Below the pieces are notes generated by a model. That model had not been told where the DNA came from and did no database searches. It saw nothing but the letters and a program-made list of their open reading frames with translations. DNA of 64,000 nucleotides from contig NC_043010.1 in assembly GCF_006345805.1 (NCBI RefSeq), positions 26,288,001-26,352,000 on the forward strand. The letters are read 5' to 3'. The DNA comes from Octopus sinensis (Eukaryota). Every line of letters begins with the position of its first letter. Positions within the stretch are counted from its first letter, which is position 1. Below, in pieces: positions 1 through 11,215 of this stretch. The translations under genes and the position numbers were made by a program.

Positions 1-288
1 CACATATTCTTGCTTCAACAGCAAGCTCCGTTCCTCACCAAGCCTTCCTCCCCTGTGTGTACAATTACTCTCAAATACCAGGGCACACGTACAATATCAT
101 AGAACAATTAGTGCACCATCTATAATATAAATTATAATAATACTAATTCTTGGTGCAAATACTAATTTTGGTACAAGGTTCGCAATCTTAAGGGATTACA
201 TGAACTCCAATACTTGACTGGTACTTATTTTGTCAATCTCAAAAGAGTGAAAGGCTTGGTTGGGTGTTTACATGCTATTTAACCCATA

Positions 289-683
289 GGCGCAGGAGTG
301 GCTGTGTGGTAAGTAGCTTGCTTCCCAATCACATGGTATCTGGTTTAGTCCCACTGCATGGCACCTTGGGCAAGAAGTGTTTTCTGCTATAGCCTCGGGC
401 CGACCAAAGCTTTGTAAGTGGATTTGATAGATGGAAACTGAAAGAAGCCCGTCATATATATATGTATGTATGTATTTGTGTGCCTGTGTTTGTCCCACCA
501 CCATTGCTTGACAACTGAGGCTGGTGTGTTTATGTCCCTGTAACTTAGCAGTTCACCAAAACAGATCAATAGAATAAGTACTAGGCTTACAAAGAGTAAG
601 TCCTAGGGTCAATTTGTTCAACTAAAAGTGGTGCTCCAGCATGGCCACAAGCAAATGACTGAAACAAGTAAAAGAATAAAAGA
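289..683 (+). mobile_element. tRNA-derived SINE, family A, near full length, CpG-decayed copy
   Basis: Head GGCGCAGGAGTGGCTGTGTGGTAAG with A/B-box-like motifs, CACCTTGGGCAAG core, internal TA/TG tract and tail GGTGCTCCAGCATGGCC..GACTGAAACAAGTAAAAGA. Aligns with copies at 25537, 9872, 50580 and 55378. Confidence 0.9.
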
Positions 684-851
684 ACAGCTGGGATCCTGAC
701 AGGTTCTACTATTCTGGGTCAGAGAAGACGTAGGAACAATAATGGCTAAGAAGTAGTTCCACACTCCTTGAAATCCTGGAGGATACAGTGTCCTGACTGA
801 ATATTGGATACAACAGGCTCATTATAACTATATGAGAGGCAGCCGCTACAT

Positions 852-1448
852 CCTGAGTTCAAATTCCGCCAAGGTTGACTTTGCCTTTCATCCTTTCGGG
901 GTTGATCAAATAAGTACCAGTTATGCACTGGAGTCGATATAATTGACTTAATCCGTTTGTCTGTCCTTGTTTGTCCTCTCTGTGTGTAGCACCTTGTGGG
1001 CAGTAAAGAAATAAGGAACATTAGCATGCTGGGCGAAATGCTTGGCGATATTTCATCTCTCTTCATGTTCTAAGTTCAAATTCAGCCTAAGTCAACTTTG
1101 CCTTTCATCCTTTTGTGGTCGATAAATTAAGTACCAGTTGTGTACTGGGGTCAATCTAATCGAATGGCACCCCCTCCCCAAGCATTTCAGGCATTGTGCC
1201 TAGAGTAGAAAAGATTATTACTATATGAGGATGCGAGGCAGCAAGCTGGCACAATCATTTGCATGCTGGACAAAACGCTCAGCAGCATTTCACCCATCTT
1301 CATGCTTTGAATTCAAATTCCACTGAGGTCAACTTTTGCCTTTCATCCTTTCAGGGTCGCTAAAGAACCAGTCAAGCACTGGGATCGATGTAATCAACTT
1401 CCTCCTCCTCCGAATTTGTTAGCCATGTGCCAAAATTTGAAACGATTA
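852..1448 (+). mobile_element. Three tandem SINE family B copies (Meta-domain-like core)
   Basis: GAGTTCAAATTCCGCC..GACTTTGCCTTTCATCCTTTCGGGGTCGATAAA..AAGTACCAG repeated at about 852-1014, 1019-1220 and 1236-1448, with different 3' tails. Confidence 0.85.
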
Positions 1449-2123
1449 CCACATGAGGAGTCTACCTATCATATGACCAATCACGTTAAAAGAAAACTTT
1501 TACCACTATGCCTAATATCAGGAAATATGGCGCACATGCAATAATTATCATACAGCTTTTATGAAATTTCTTGATGTCTTATGTAAAATCATGAAATGAA
1601 TGCTAATTTTCAAAAGAGAAATATTTATCACCTTCAATTCAATAAAACAAACTCCTCCTCCCATAACTACACTGTCTACCTCTCTTTTCTTTCACTCTTC
1701 CTGCACCTCTTATGCTAATTTTCTCCATCTCTCCTTTACTCACTCTTCCCCTCTCTTTATATAATGTAAGGCATGACTAGAGAAAGCATCTGACCGATAT
1801 TTATATTGTTTTATTATATAGAAACAGTTCCCGTCTCCAGTCCAGCCATTGCCAAAAACACAGAGGAGCAGCAGTTGTATAATGGCCACCCTGTGTAATA
1901 GCCATGTAGTGTATTATGCTAACTAGCCACCCCTTTGTGCATAATACACTTTCAACTACAATCAACATACACATATACATACCAGCCACCATGCGAGGTC
2001 CACAATTCCCCCCACATACCTCATGTCAAACCATGGAGGCCAAGGATATCGTGAATCTATAGCATGAATGTCCCCGACAACTATCTGGTCACTATTTAGG
2101 CCTAGGTCATGACACTTTTTAAA

Positions 2124-2348
2124 CCCTTCAGCATTCAAACTGGCTATATCAGGGTCCAAACACTCAACCTACTTGTTACATGTTCAAACTGTCTAGATCA
2201 GGCCTCTCATGCCTACCCTACAATGTCATTCTAAAAATCAACAGTCACAACATTGAAATCATGAAGTTACTTGATAATGCATGACTAATTCAAAACCATG
2301 TGACTAAATAAGCATCACTTTTAACAAAGAAATCTGAATGCTAACAGA
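2124..2348. mobile_element. Decayed piggyBac-type MITE (putative)
   Basis: Left end TTAAACCCTTCAGCATTCA and right end TGAATGCTAACAGAATAA are imperfect inverted termini in TTAA-like context. Confidence 0.45.
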
Positions 2349-2944
2349 ATAAATGTAACACTCCTCATCTCATCCCCAGAATCTTTTCCTGCAATAACCA
2401 TTGAGGGTAGTTGTGCCATTCCTAGAAGGGCAGTAACAGTTTCAATCTCACTGGTCTCAGAAAGTCAGCAAAGGCCATACACAAGTACTGCCCTTTCCTC
2501 CAAACCCAACTAACAAAATGAAAAAAGGCACTCAAGCCACTTTTTAGGGGTATATAGGACTACAAATATCGGCGAGTTGTTTCTTTTCCTAAGATGGTAT
2601 AGGGGCTTGGCTGCAATTTCTAGCAAATTGAGCAATCATATTAGATGCCTCTGTAAATGGTGGACGATGTTTACTCCAAATGGTACAAAGAGGTCATAAC
2701 GTAAACAGACTTCTGGAGAGAGAGAGGGGGATGGAGAGATTCCATTCACCATGTGTGTGTGTGTGTGTGTGTGTGTGTCAGATACAATAATTGACTTCGA
2801 GTAGTTGTAGTTCCGTTGACATACTGCAGTGTTGACAGTCACTGAGTTACGAACATTAATATCAACACCACCATCATCACCATCATCAACTGTAAGAAAT
2901 ATATGCATACTAACAACCAAAAATAAATATTTCCACCACCACCA

Positions 2945-3062
2945 ATATCCTTTCAAGGCCAGCAAGTTCGGGGGAGGGGGTAGGTCGATTACATCGACCT
3001 CTGTGCTCAACTTATACTTATTTTATCGACCCTGAAAGGATGAAAGGCAAAGTCGACCTTCC
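2945..3062 (-). mobile_element. SINE family B fragment
   Basis: GTCGATTACATCGAC..TTTTATCGACCCTGAAAGGATGAAAGGCAAAGTCGACCT is the reverse complement of the family B core. Confidence 0.8.
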
Positions 3063-3683
3063 ACTATTAAGACGATACGATATTAAAAAAAAAATTTTTG
3101 AGAGATCTGGCTCCTATTTCTAGCAGGCATTTCTGTTGCTCTTTGTTGAGGTTATAGTTGTTTTTGCTTTTCTTGCTTAAGAGCAATTTATACGGAATTT
3201 ATACCCAAGAACACAAAAACGGTTGAAGCGCCGTTAAACATCTTGCCCGGCGTGCTACCGATTCCGCCAGCTCACCGCTTGACTGCTACCACTACGAATA
3301 CCAACAGCATTATTATACACGAGACCATGTGGGAGCCTCCACTTACGTACTCGTTCGAAAGCTAGAAATAGCAGCCAAATGTTCCTCAATTCTCATCCTG
3401 TTGTGAAACTTCTAAAATACGAAATTGTCAAAAACGTTCAGAGTAAACCGTGTTCTACATGAGAAATTCTACCAGTATTCGAAGTTTTAAATTGTTTAAC
3501 CAAAATAAATTAATGGAAAAATCTGTTATTGAGATGGAATAGATCCGAAGAACATTATTGATAATGCAGTTTTAGACAATTCTAAACAAAGGCGGAATGA
3601 TCAGGCAGCAGCATTTGATTGTACGTCGTCTCTATCAGTGCTGACCTGGGGTTAAACAACAATACACGCAAAGAAGCTCCGAT

Positions 3684-3975
3684 AGGCGCAGGCATAGCTG
3701 TGTTGTTAAGAAACTCGCTTTGCAACCCTGTAGTTTCGGGTTCAATCCCAGCTGTAGGCACCTTGGCCAAGCGTCTCCTAATTTTGCCATGGGCTGACCA
3801 ATGCCTTGTGAATGAATTTGATAGACGGAAACTGTGTGGAATCCCTTCGTACATATGTGTATGTATATGTGTGTATATAAGTGTCTGTGTTTGTGTTGGC
3901 AACTGCCGTCAGTTTGTGTCCCCGTAACTTAGCGATTCGGCAAAAGAGAACAGCTAGAATATGTACCAGATTAAA
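3684..3975 (+). mobile_element. SINE family A, diverged copy
   Basis: AGGCGCAGGCATAGCTGTG..GGTTCAATCCC..GGCACCTTGGCCAAG..GACGGAAACTG..CCCCGTAACTTAGCGATTCGGCAAAAGAG. Confidence 0.8.
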
Positions 3976-4406
3976 AAAAAAAGTAAAAGATAAATGTATA
4001 GAAGTGAAATGGGCTGTAGCACTTTACTATTGATTTCCTATGCAGCAGGCGTCTCCGAGTATTTGTTCTGTTTCATTGACGTCGACCAACACCTGTTGGA
4101 CACGCATTAACCACAGAGCTTCGATCTGTTAGAAATAGCAGCCAAGTACTGCTCAAAATATACCTTACTGCCTTTTACAAAAAGGGACACAATGGATATG
4201 ATATGCTCTTGAATTCTCAACGTATAGGTCACGGCTGGAATTCCTCTGATCATACAAAACCAACTTTATAAACACGAAACCAACGGTGTGGGGATGGGAA
4301 GAGCTAACAATAACCGCCAAAATGTCCCTCAAATTGCAGTATATTGTTTTCGTACAAAATTAGTCAGGTTGGTCACGGTTGTGACGCCTTCTAGCGAAAG
4401 GACTGC

Positions 4407-4959
4407 GGCAAGACTTCCGCCCGTCCTCCACTCCCCAAAACCACCCTTTAAAACTATTTTTTTCGACACAAACCCCCCTTTTCGGCTACGAGGAATACGA
4501 ATCTGTAAAAAAAATTGGCAAAAATCGACATTTCTAAATCACCCCCACCTCCATTTCCTTCATTTTAAACTTTTTTCACAATTTTCCCCCCAAAATATGC
4601 GGAAAAATACGGAAATTATGATTCTGAAAAAAATTTCCAAAAATCTTAAGAATTTTTTTTTAAGAATTTTTTTCTAAATATGCGGGAAAATACGGACGTC
4701 ATGATTCGGGACAAAAATTTCAAACCATTTCTGTACTTACGGTTAGGGTTACGGTTTTAAGGTTACGGTTAGGGTTTTAGGGTTAGGGTTAGGGTTTTAG
4801 GGTTAGTGTTGGGGAAAAAAGTCAAAATTGTAGAAGTTGCGAGGGAAAGGGGGGAGGACCGTCACAATGCCGATTTTTGGCAATATTCCGAAAACGGGGA
4901 AAAAAATTAGAAAAATAAACAAATTTGGGAGAAAATGGGGGGGGGGCGAAAGTCTTTCC
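4407..4959. mobile_element. Non-autonomous DNA transposon (MITE) with GG/CC termini, 8-bp TSD and internal TTAGGG-like tract; Merlin-like
   Basis: Perfect TSD AGGACTGC at 4399-4406 and 4960-4967. TIRs GGCAAGACTTCCGCCC and GGGCGAAAGTCTTTCC. TTAGGG/TTACGG tract at about 4737-4806. Confidence 0.85.
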
Positions 4960-5399
4960 AGGACTGCTCTGCTCGATGAAGGATGGCCTGGGGTTAAGCA
5001 ACAAAAGCAAAAACAACTATAACCTCAACAAAGAGCAACTGAAATGTCTGCTAGAAATAGCAGCCAGATCTCTCTCTCTCAAAAAAAAGTATCATATCGT
5101 CTTAATAGTGGAAGGACATGTCAGATATAAACACAGTCCGAGACAAGCTGCTTAAAATAAAAATCAAATGGTCACGGCTGGATTACCCTTCATCAGCACC
5201 TGCCCATTCGGTAAACAACGAGAACACCAAGAACATCACCATCATCGCCATTTAGTGCAACCAACTTCTTCAACAAGCATTCATTACTTCGATAATATCA
5301 ACAGCAAGGATATTTCCACCAGCACCAACAACGCCAATAACAACAACAGCATCAACGTATCTCCCAACAACACCAAGAACAATAATATATTCATCACCT

Positions 5400-5600
5400 T
5401 GGCATCAGGGCCAGCAATTTTCGGGGGATGAGTTAAGTCGATTACATCAACCCCAGTGCTTGACTGGTACTTTTATCGACGCCCTAAAGAATAAAAAACA
5501 AACTCGACCTCGGTGGATTTTCGCCTCAGAACTAATGACGGACAAAATGCTGCTAAGCACTTTGTCCGGCGTGCTAACGATTCTTTCAGCTCACCGCCTT
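5400..5600 (-). mobile_element. SINE family B
   Basis: AAGTCGATTACATCAACCCCAGTGCTTGACTGGTAC..GGCGTGCTAACGATTC..CAGCTCACCGCC, from the tail to the tRNA head on the minus strand. Confidence 0.8.
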
Positions 5601-6901
5601 ATCTGCTAGAAAATAATACTTAAATTTCTCACAAATAACAAACAAAACACTGCCGCCACCGTCTTAAAAGAGAAAAGAACCATTAGACAATGTAGTCCTC
5701 GACGTCTGAAAACAATAACCAAAAACGAGAGAGAGAGAAGATAGTCAAGGTCCTAGGTTTGTTTAATCAGGGCTAATCTAAGATTTATTAAACAACAATA
5801 AAGCCAAGTAAGACAACAACACGTGTAATGTTATTTTACTTCAGGTCAGTATTAATCAACTAAGCCCTATGATAAATGTATATTCCAGCCGTGATCACCA
5901 CGCTTAAAGGGTGATCTTTGCGACCACCCCTGCTGTTTGGGCGCACGTTGTATTCCTGTAATTTGGTGGACGTAGACACTGAACAAAACAACGAACAACA
6001 ACGAATAACAACACCAAACATAATCGAACCGATTAATCGATCTTCATCAATCACATCAATCACATCCAGCAAAACGACGAGGGATGGCGGGAAGGAGTGA
6101 GCAGCTATTACACAGTCGCTAAATTTGCTAGAAATAACAGCAAAATACCTTTTAAAACCATCTTCTAACCGACTTAACAATACAAAAGTAACAGATATGT
6201 TTGATAAAAACAAACAGGATGGTCATAACTGGAATGGAACATATTATTAGGTGTGTGTGTGTTGTATACCAGGACAAACCTGGGGCTAAACATCTACAAA
6301 TATTACTACTAGTATTCTTATAAAAACTAGTACTACTCCTAGTACAGCTACTACAATTCTTACTACAGTAATTACTACGACTATTCTATTGCTGCTGCTG
6401 CTGTTGCCGCTCTTATTACTACACTAGTAACTGCTACAACGACTCTTACAAGTACTACTACTATTGCTACTACTACTACTACTACTACTACAGCAACAAC
6501 AACAATCAACATGTTGAATGTTGTCAACAGTAAACAAAGGCATCGGGTTAATTTATGCAAGAAGCTTGTGGTTGAAAACGAGAGGACAAACAAACGAATT
6601 GGCGGTGGGACAGTCGACTGGATTGTGTGTGTGTGTGCAGAAAGTTACAGACAGACACGCCTAGACATGTTCTTAACTAGGAAGTTATTTACTACGTCTA
6701 GACGTAATTCAAATAATACATACAGAGATAAACAGATAGATAAATAGACAGAGAGACAGAGAGAGAGACAGACAGACAGACATACACATATACGTATAAA
6801 TTTATGAATATATAGATATGCATACATATAGGTATGTGCGTGTGTATATATATATGTATACACACATATATACATCATATAGCTTGGATTTTAACCCAAT
6901 A

Positions 6902-6942
<41 letters not shown>

Positions 6943-7297
6943 ATTGGTGAATTGAAGAAATGGAGCTGAACGCAGATTGAACAGAAATCGTTTTATTTCA
7001 TTCTACACGTGTTTCGAAAGGTTGTGGTTGACGGTAACAATGGGAGTAGGGTAGAGAGCCCCAATAGCATCCCCAGCATCATTTCCCGCAATAGCAGCAC
7101 CACGGGCAGTAGCAATGACAGCACTCTGATAGATAGTGGAGAATCAGGGGTTATTCCTATAGTTAATAGTGACGTAGTGGAAAATAGAGTAGTAAGCGGC
7201 TGCAGGTCTCGGAACGAATATAGTGACAGGAACGCAGTTCTAATTTCAGAAACTAATCCTAGCAGATTAAGATTCACGTCGGCGAACTCCAAGATCA

Positions 7298-7665
7298 AAA
7301 AACGCCGTCTACCAATGCAAGGTTTACACGGACTCAGATGTCTTCACTTATGTAGGGGCATCATCCTCAAGATTGTCTTTGCGTGTCTCCAACCATTACG
7401 CAACTTTTCGGGACGTGAACAAGCGCCAGACCACGGGACTCAGTAAGCTAATATGGCGACTGAAGGATACGAACTTAAGCTATAGGCTGGAATGGTCAAT
7501 TTGTCGGTGGCCCTCCCATTTGATAGGGGCAGAAGACAGTGCAACCTTTGTGTCTCCGAACTCTTCCATATTTTGTTTGCCAGAGGCCGGATGGTAAACG
7601 GGCTCTTACAGTCGGCTTTTCGATGCCCCCATTGGCGGCGTTACACTTATCTGGCTTTTAAATAG
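7298..7665 (+). pseudogene. PLE GIY-YIG endonuclease C-terminal domain, frameshifted (Naiad-like motif pattern)
   Basis: Frame reads KNAVYQCKVYTDSDVFTYVGASSSRLSLRVSNHYATFRDVNKRQTTGLSKLIWRLKDTNLSYRLEWSI, then after shifts CNLCVSELFHI and CPHWRR. Shows AVY-YVG motif, catalytic R and CxxC..E. Confidence 0.75.
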
Positions 7666-8260
7666 CGTTTATAAATAATACCGGCACCCATAGCCCTTAG
7701 TAACAGATTCTGAAATAGCCTTTAAGATATCTACGACTAACCACTGCAAGGGGAATTACTCCTGTAAGACAAACGGGGCTTGGTTTTTTCACAGCGGGGG
7801 GTTTCCTTGACAAGGCAGGCTTAGATGAACACACACACACATAAAACATAATATATATATATATATTTTTTTTCTTTCTGCCATCCAACGGTTATCACGG
7901 CAGTAGCCACTGACAGCCGAACGATCAAACGCACACACGTACACAAAAAATGTTTTCTACCCCTACGCCAACACACACATATATAGAACAGTATACACAC
8001 ACACACGTCTCTAAGTAGATTTTTTCTCGCCCCTTATAAAACCCAATATTCCTTAAATAGTCAGAACTTTATTCTCGGTCACAAAGAACATCTATACACC
8101 CTCACCCACATGATTGACCGATGCCTGACCCGTTGAATTCTTCAGCCACCGGTTCTCAACATACACTGATAAACAGTTCGCCATGGGCTCTTAGGAGCAT
8201 AGTTCGATTTGTTTTTGCTCCGCCTCTGTTCTGTTTTTGTTTTTCCAACGGATTTCCTTT

Positions 8261-8348
8261 TTTCTTCCTGAAGAGAAAGACACAATATGGTCCCATTATT
8301 CAATCGGATTTTGGTAATTTGTGCCTTTCGAAACACGTGTAGAATGAA
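8261..8348 (+). ncRNA. Type I hammerhead ribozyme in PLE pLTR
   Basis: CTGAAGA (8268-8274), stem II GAAAGACACAA/TTGTGCCTTTC, GAAA (8330-8333), palindromic stem III ACACGTGT, GUA cleavage after 8341, stem I TTCTTC/GAATGAA (imperfect). Confidence 0.75.
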
Positions 8349-8576
8349 ATAAAACGATTTCTGTTCAATCTGCGTTCAGCTCCATTTCTTCAATTCCAAT
8401 AATGTTTTAATTTCAATTATCCGCACCAACGCACGGTTGCAACGCCAGATGGTTGTACCTCCAACCGGTGTTTACTGCTGTGATTTTTGCTACTAAGGTA
8501 TCGGTTAAACTTTTGATTAATCTACTACAAGATTATTCATCTTTCTATTTCACATTATATATATATATATATATTA

Positions 8577-8621
<45 letters not shown>

Positions 8622-8919
8622 TTTCAACAATTGAGGGTAAAATTAATTAATTAATTAATTAATTTCACCAAGTATTCAGTATGCAAAGGGACCATTTAAG
8701 GCGAATTCAAATTATTACATTATATAAAAGGGCTTAGTAAAATAAATTACTTTGCCGCATACTGAACTCGTTAGAAATAGCAGCTAAAAAAATTTTTTAT
8801 AAAACTATTTCTAACACTTAAAGAAAACCTCTCTCATATAGTGTTTGCTCAATTCAACTCAAGGAAGTATGGGGGTAGAGACATTAAAAAATCAAATGCA
8901 AAGGTTATTTGAGGTTATA

Positions 8920-8957
<38 letters not shown>

Positions 8958-8961
<4 letters not shown>

Positions 8962-9146
8962 GGAGAGAATTCACAAAAAGAAAAACAAAAGACGAAGGCA
9001 GGTGTTGTAGACAACAAACAGATGTATTAGTATAACGCTCGGGAAAGGAAAAAGTCTTTAATGTTTCGAACCTACGCTCTTCTACAGAAAGGGACACGGA
9101 AAGAAACAAGGAGAGAAAATAAAGAATGTGTAGTGGTTAGCGATAC
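8958..9146 (-). mobile_element. Solo PLE (Neptune-like) pLTR with minimal hammerhead-like motif at 9054-9092
   Basis: Minus strand CCTTT-CTGTAGA-AGAGCGTAGGTTC-GAAACATTAAAGAC. Same family at 49125-49320 and related at 13380-13572 and 56885-57082. Abuts (TA)n. Confidence 0.75.
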
Positions 9147-9619
9147 ACACATACATATAACGGGAAACACTAGTACACATACACGAGTTTGTGTGTGTGT
9201 GCGCGCGCGCGAATGTGAGTGTGTGTGTGTGCGAATGTGAGTGTGTCTGGTGTGTGTGTGCGAATGTGAGTGTGTCTGGTGTGTGTGTGAGCTGGGAAAA
9301 TACTTTTTAACCAAACTATTTTATTTTCAATTTCAATGGTATTCATACAAAACAATGAAATGTATGCAAATTTGAAAAATGAAAAAAATGAAACTATTAA
9401 TTACTTTAAATTTAAATTAAGGGAATTAAATTTCTCATTTGTATTTTTGCAATGAAAGTCATCAATAACAATAAATTCTGTTTAAGTATCAATTAATTTA
9501 CAAATGAAATGCATTGATAATTCCATATAAGGAAGCGCGACAATGTTAGCGTGACCAAGCCACTGACAATAAGACAACCAATATTTTGTGTATGTAATAT
9601 ATCATATCAAAGTATATAT

Positions 9620-9671
<52 letters not shown>

Positions 9672-9742
9672 ATATATATACACACATATATATACATGTA
9701 TGTATGTATGTATGTATGTAAGCATGCATAGTTGGGATGCAG

Positions 9743-9780
<38 letters not shown>

Positions 9781-9833
9781 TTTCTAGTTTCAGCTCAGAG
9801 CTGCGGCCATGCTGATGCACCGCCGTATATATA

Positions 9834-9871
<38 letters not shown>

Positions 9872-9873
<2 letters not shown>

Positions 9874-10151
9874 TTTTATTTGTTTCAGTCAGTTGACTGC
9901 GGCCATGCTGGAGCATCGCTTTAGCCGAACAAATCAACCCCAGGATTTATTCTTTGTAAACCTAGTACTTATTCTATCGGTTTCTTTTGCCGAACCGCTA
10001 TGTTACGGGGACGTAAACACACCAACATCGGTTGTCAAGCGGTGGTGGGAGACAAACACAGACACACAACCATATATACATATATATATATATGTACGAC
10101 GGGCTTCTTTCAGTTTCCATCTACCAAATCCACTCACAAGGTGCCACGCAG
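9872..10151 (-). mobile_element. SINE family A, 5'-truncated
   Basis: TTGTTTCAGTCAGTTGACTGCGGCCATGCTGGAGCA..GCCGAACCGCTA..ACGACGGGCTTCTTTCAGTTTCC. Confidence 0.85.
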
Positions 10152-10171
10152 TATATATATATATATATATA

Positions 10172-11152
10172 CTAGCATTAAAGACCCGTCGTTGCCGGGT
10201 CATAGTGCTAGTGCATGTATATATGTGTATATATATGTGTACATATTACATGTACATCTATATATATACATCTACACATAAAATACAAAATACAAAGTTA
10301 TATCTTGATATCGCTAGTGATAACAATACTCAAAATATATAACAGACTGGAATTGTTAGCCCGTCTCTTGTAATTTCGATCAATTGTATCTTGTCTCCCT
10401 CTTGTATAGAAGTGTGGCGACAATCCAGCCTACCTCTACTTCTGTGGGGGGGGGGCATTTAAATTTTTTTTTCCGGGACGTCCTATGTCCCAGATATAAA
10501 GGTAAAAATAAAATATTTCCACTTTGCAAGTTCGAGACGAGTACTCCCTTGCACGCTCAGTTGACTCGAACCTTGCTTCTATTGTGGCGAATTTACCGCC
10601 TCTGATTAGATACCTTTTATAGTCGCACCAAGACATTTTTCGAAGGTGCTTTCCTCCAGGTGTTCAAATCTTTTTTCTCTACATTGTATACTTTATAGAC
10701 AATAGACTTTACTTTAATTTAAATTTTTATTATCCATCTGGACTATTCCATTTCTGCACGCTAATTTTATTTTTAATTTATTCCCATTCATGTGAAACCA
10801 CTTATTCAAGTTCAAATCATTAATGCAATTTTATACCAATTGCTATTTTTACTTTTGTTATGTTACGATTATATTATACTTTAGTTTGATTTTAATTATT
10901 ACTTACTACATATAATTCAATTATTATTATTTTTATTGTTAAAGTGAAAGTATCTGACATAAAATAGAGAAAAGTTTTAGTTTCACTTTTAACACGTAAT
11001 ACTGAAATAGTGGAGAAGATATGATATTGCTATGGGCTCGCTCTAGGCAAGAAGTTGAACTTTTTTTTTTGCCCATGAAACTACATGGACCCAAGTAAGG
11101 CATGTGTAAAATTTGAATGAAATTGGTTCCGTAGTTCTCAAGTTTTAGGGAA

Positions 11153-11187
<35 letters not shown>

Positions 11188-11215
11188 CACATTCTCAATT
11201 TTATATATATAAAGA
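10172..11215 (-). mobile_element. Non-autonomous Helitron
   Basis: Minus strand starts A^TCTTTATATATATAAAA then (TGTC)n, and ends with hairpin GACCCGGCAACGACGGGTC then CTAG^T. No TSD. Confidence 0.8.

Larger units (their letters stand above)
6934..8555 (+). mobile_element. 5'-truncated Penelope-like retroelement with GIY-YIG remnant, 3' pseudo-LTR and inverted partial pLTR at its 5' end, inserted in (TA)n
   Basis: 6934-7021 is the reverse complement of 8324-8409. GIY-YIG peptide at 7298-7665 and hammerhead at 8261-8348. Flanked by (TA)n on both sides. Confidence 0.85.

Noticed and set aside
289-360. tRNA-like sequences here and at 11236-11298, 25537, 36077, 51320-51386 and 62183
   Set aside because: They continue into SINE bodies and do not form complete cloverleafs, so they are SINE heads and not tRNA genes.
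4025-4092. Possible minus-strand exon after a CCAACAG acceptor (VLVDVNETEQILGDACCIGNQ*)
   Set aside because: Short, no recognisable homology and no partner exons.
4737-4806. TTAGGG tracts as a true telomere or chromosome fusion site
   Set aside because: They are short, degenerate and enclosed in TSD-flanked transposons.
5860-5980. Possible minus-strand exon after a TTTTGTTCAG acceptor
   Set aside because: The frame is ambiguous, the 3' part runs into the abundant GGTCACGGCTGGAAT-type repeat, and no protein family is recognisable.
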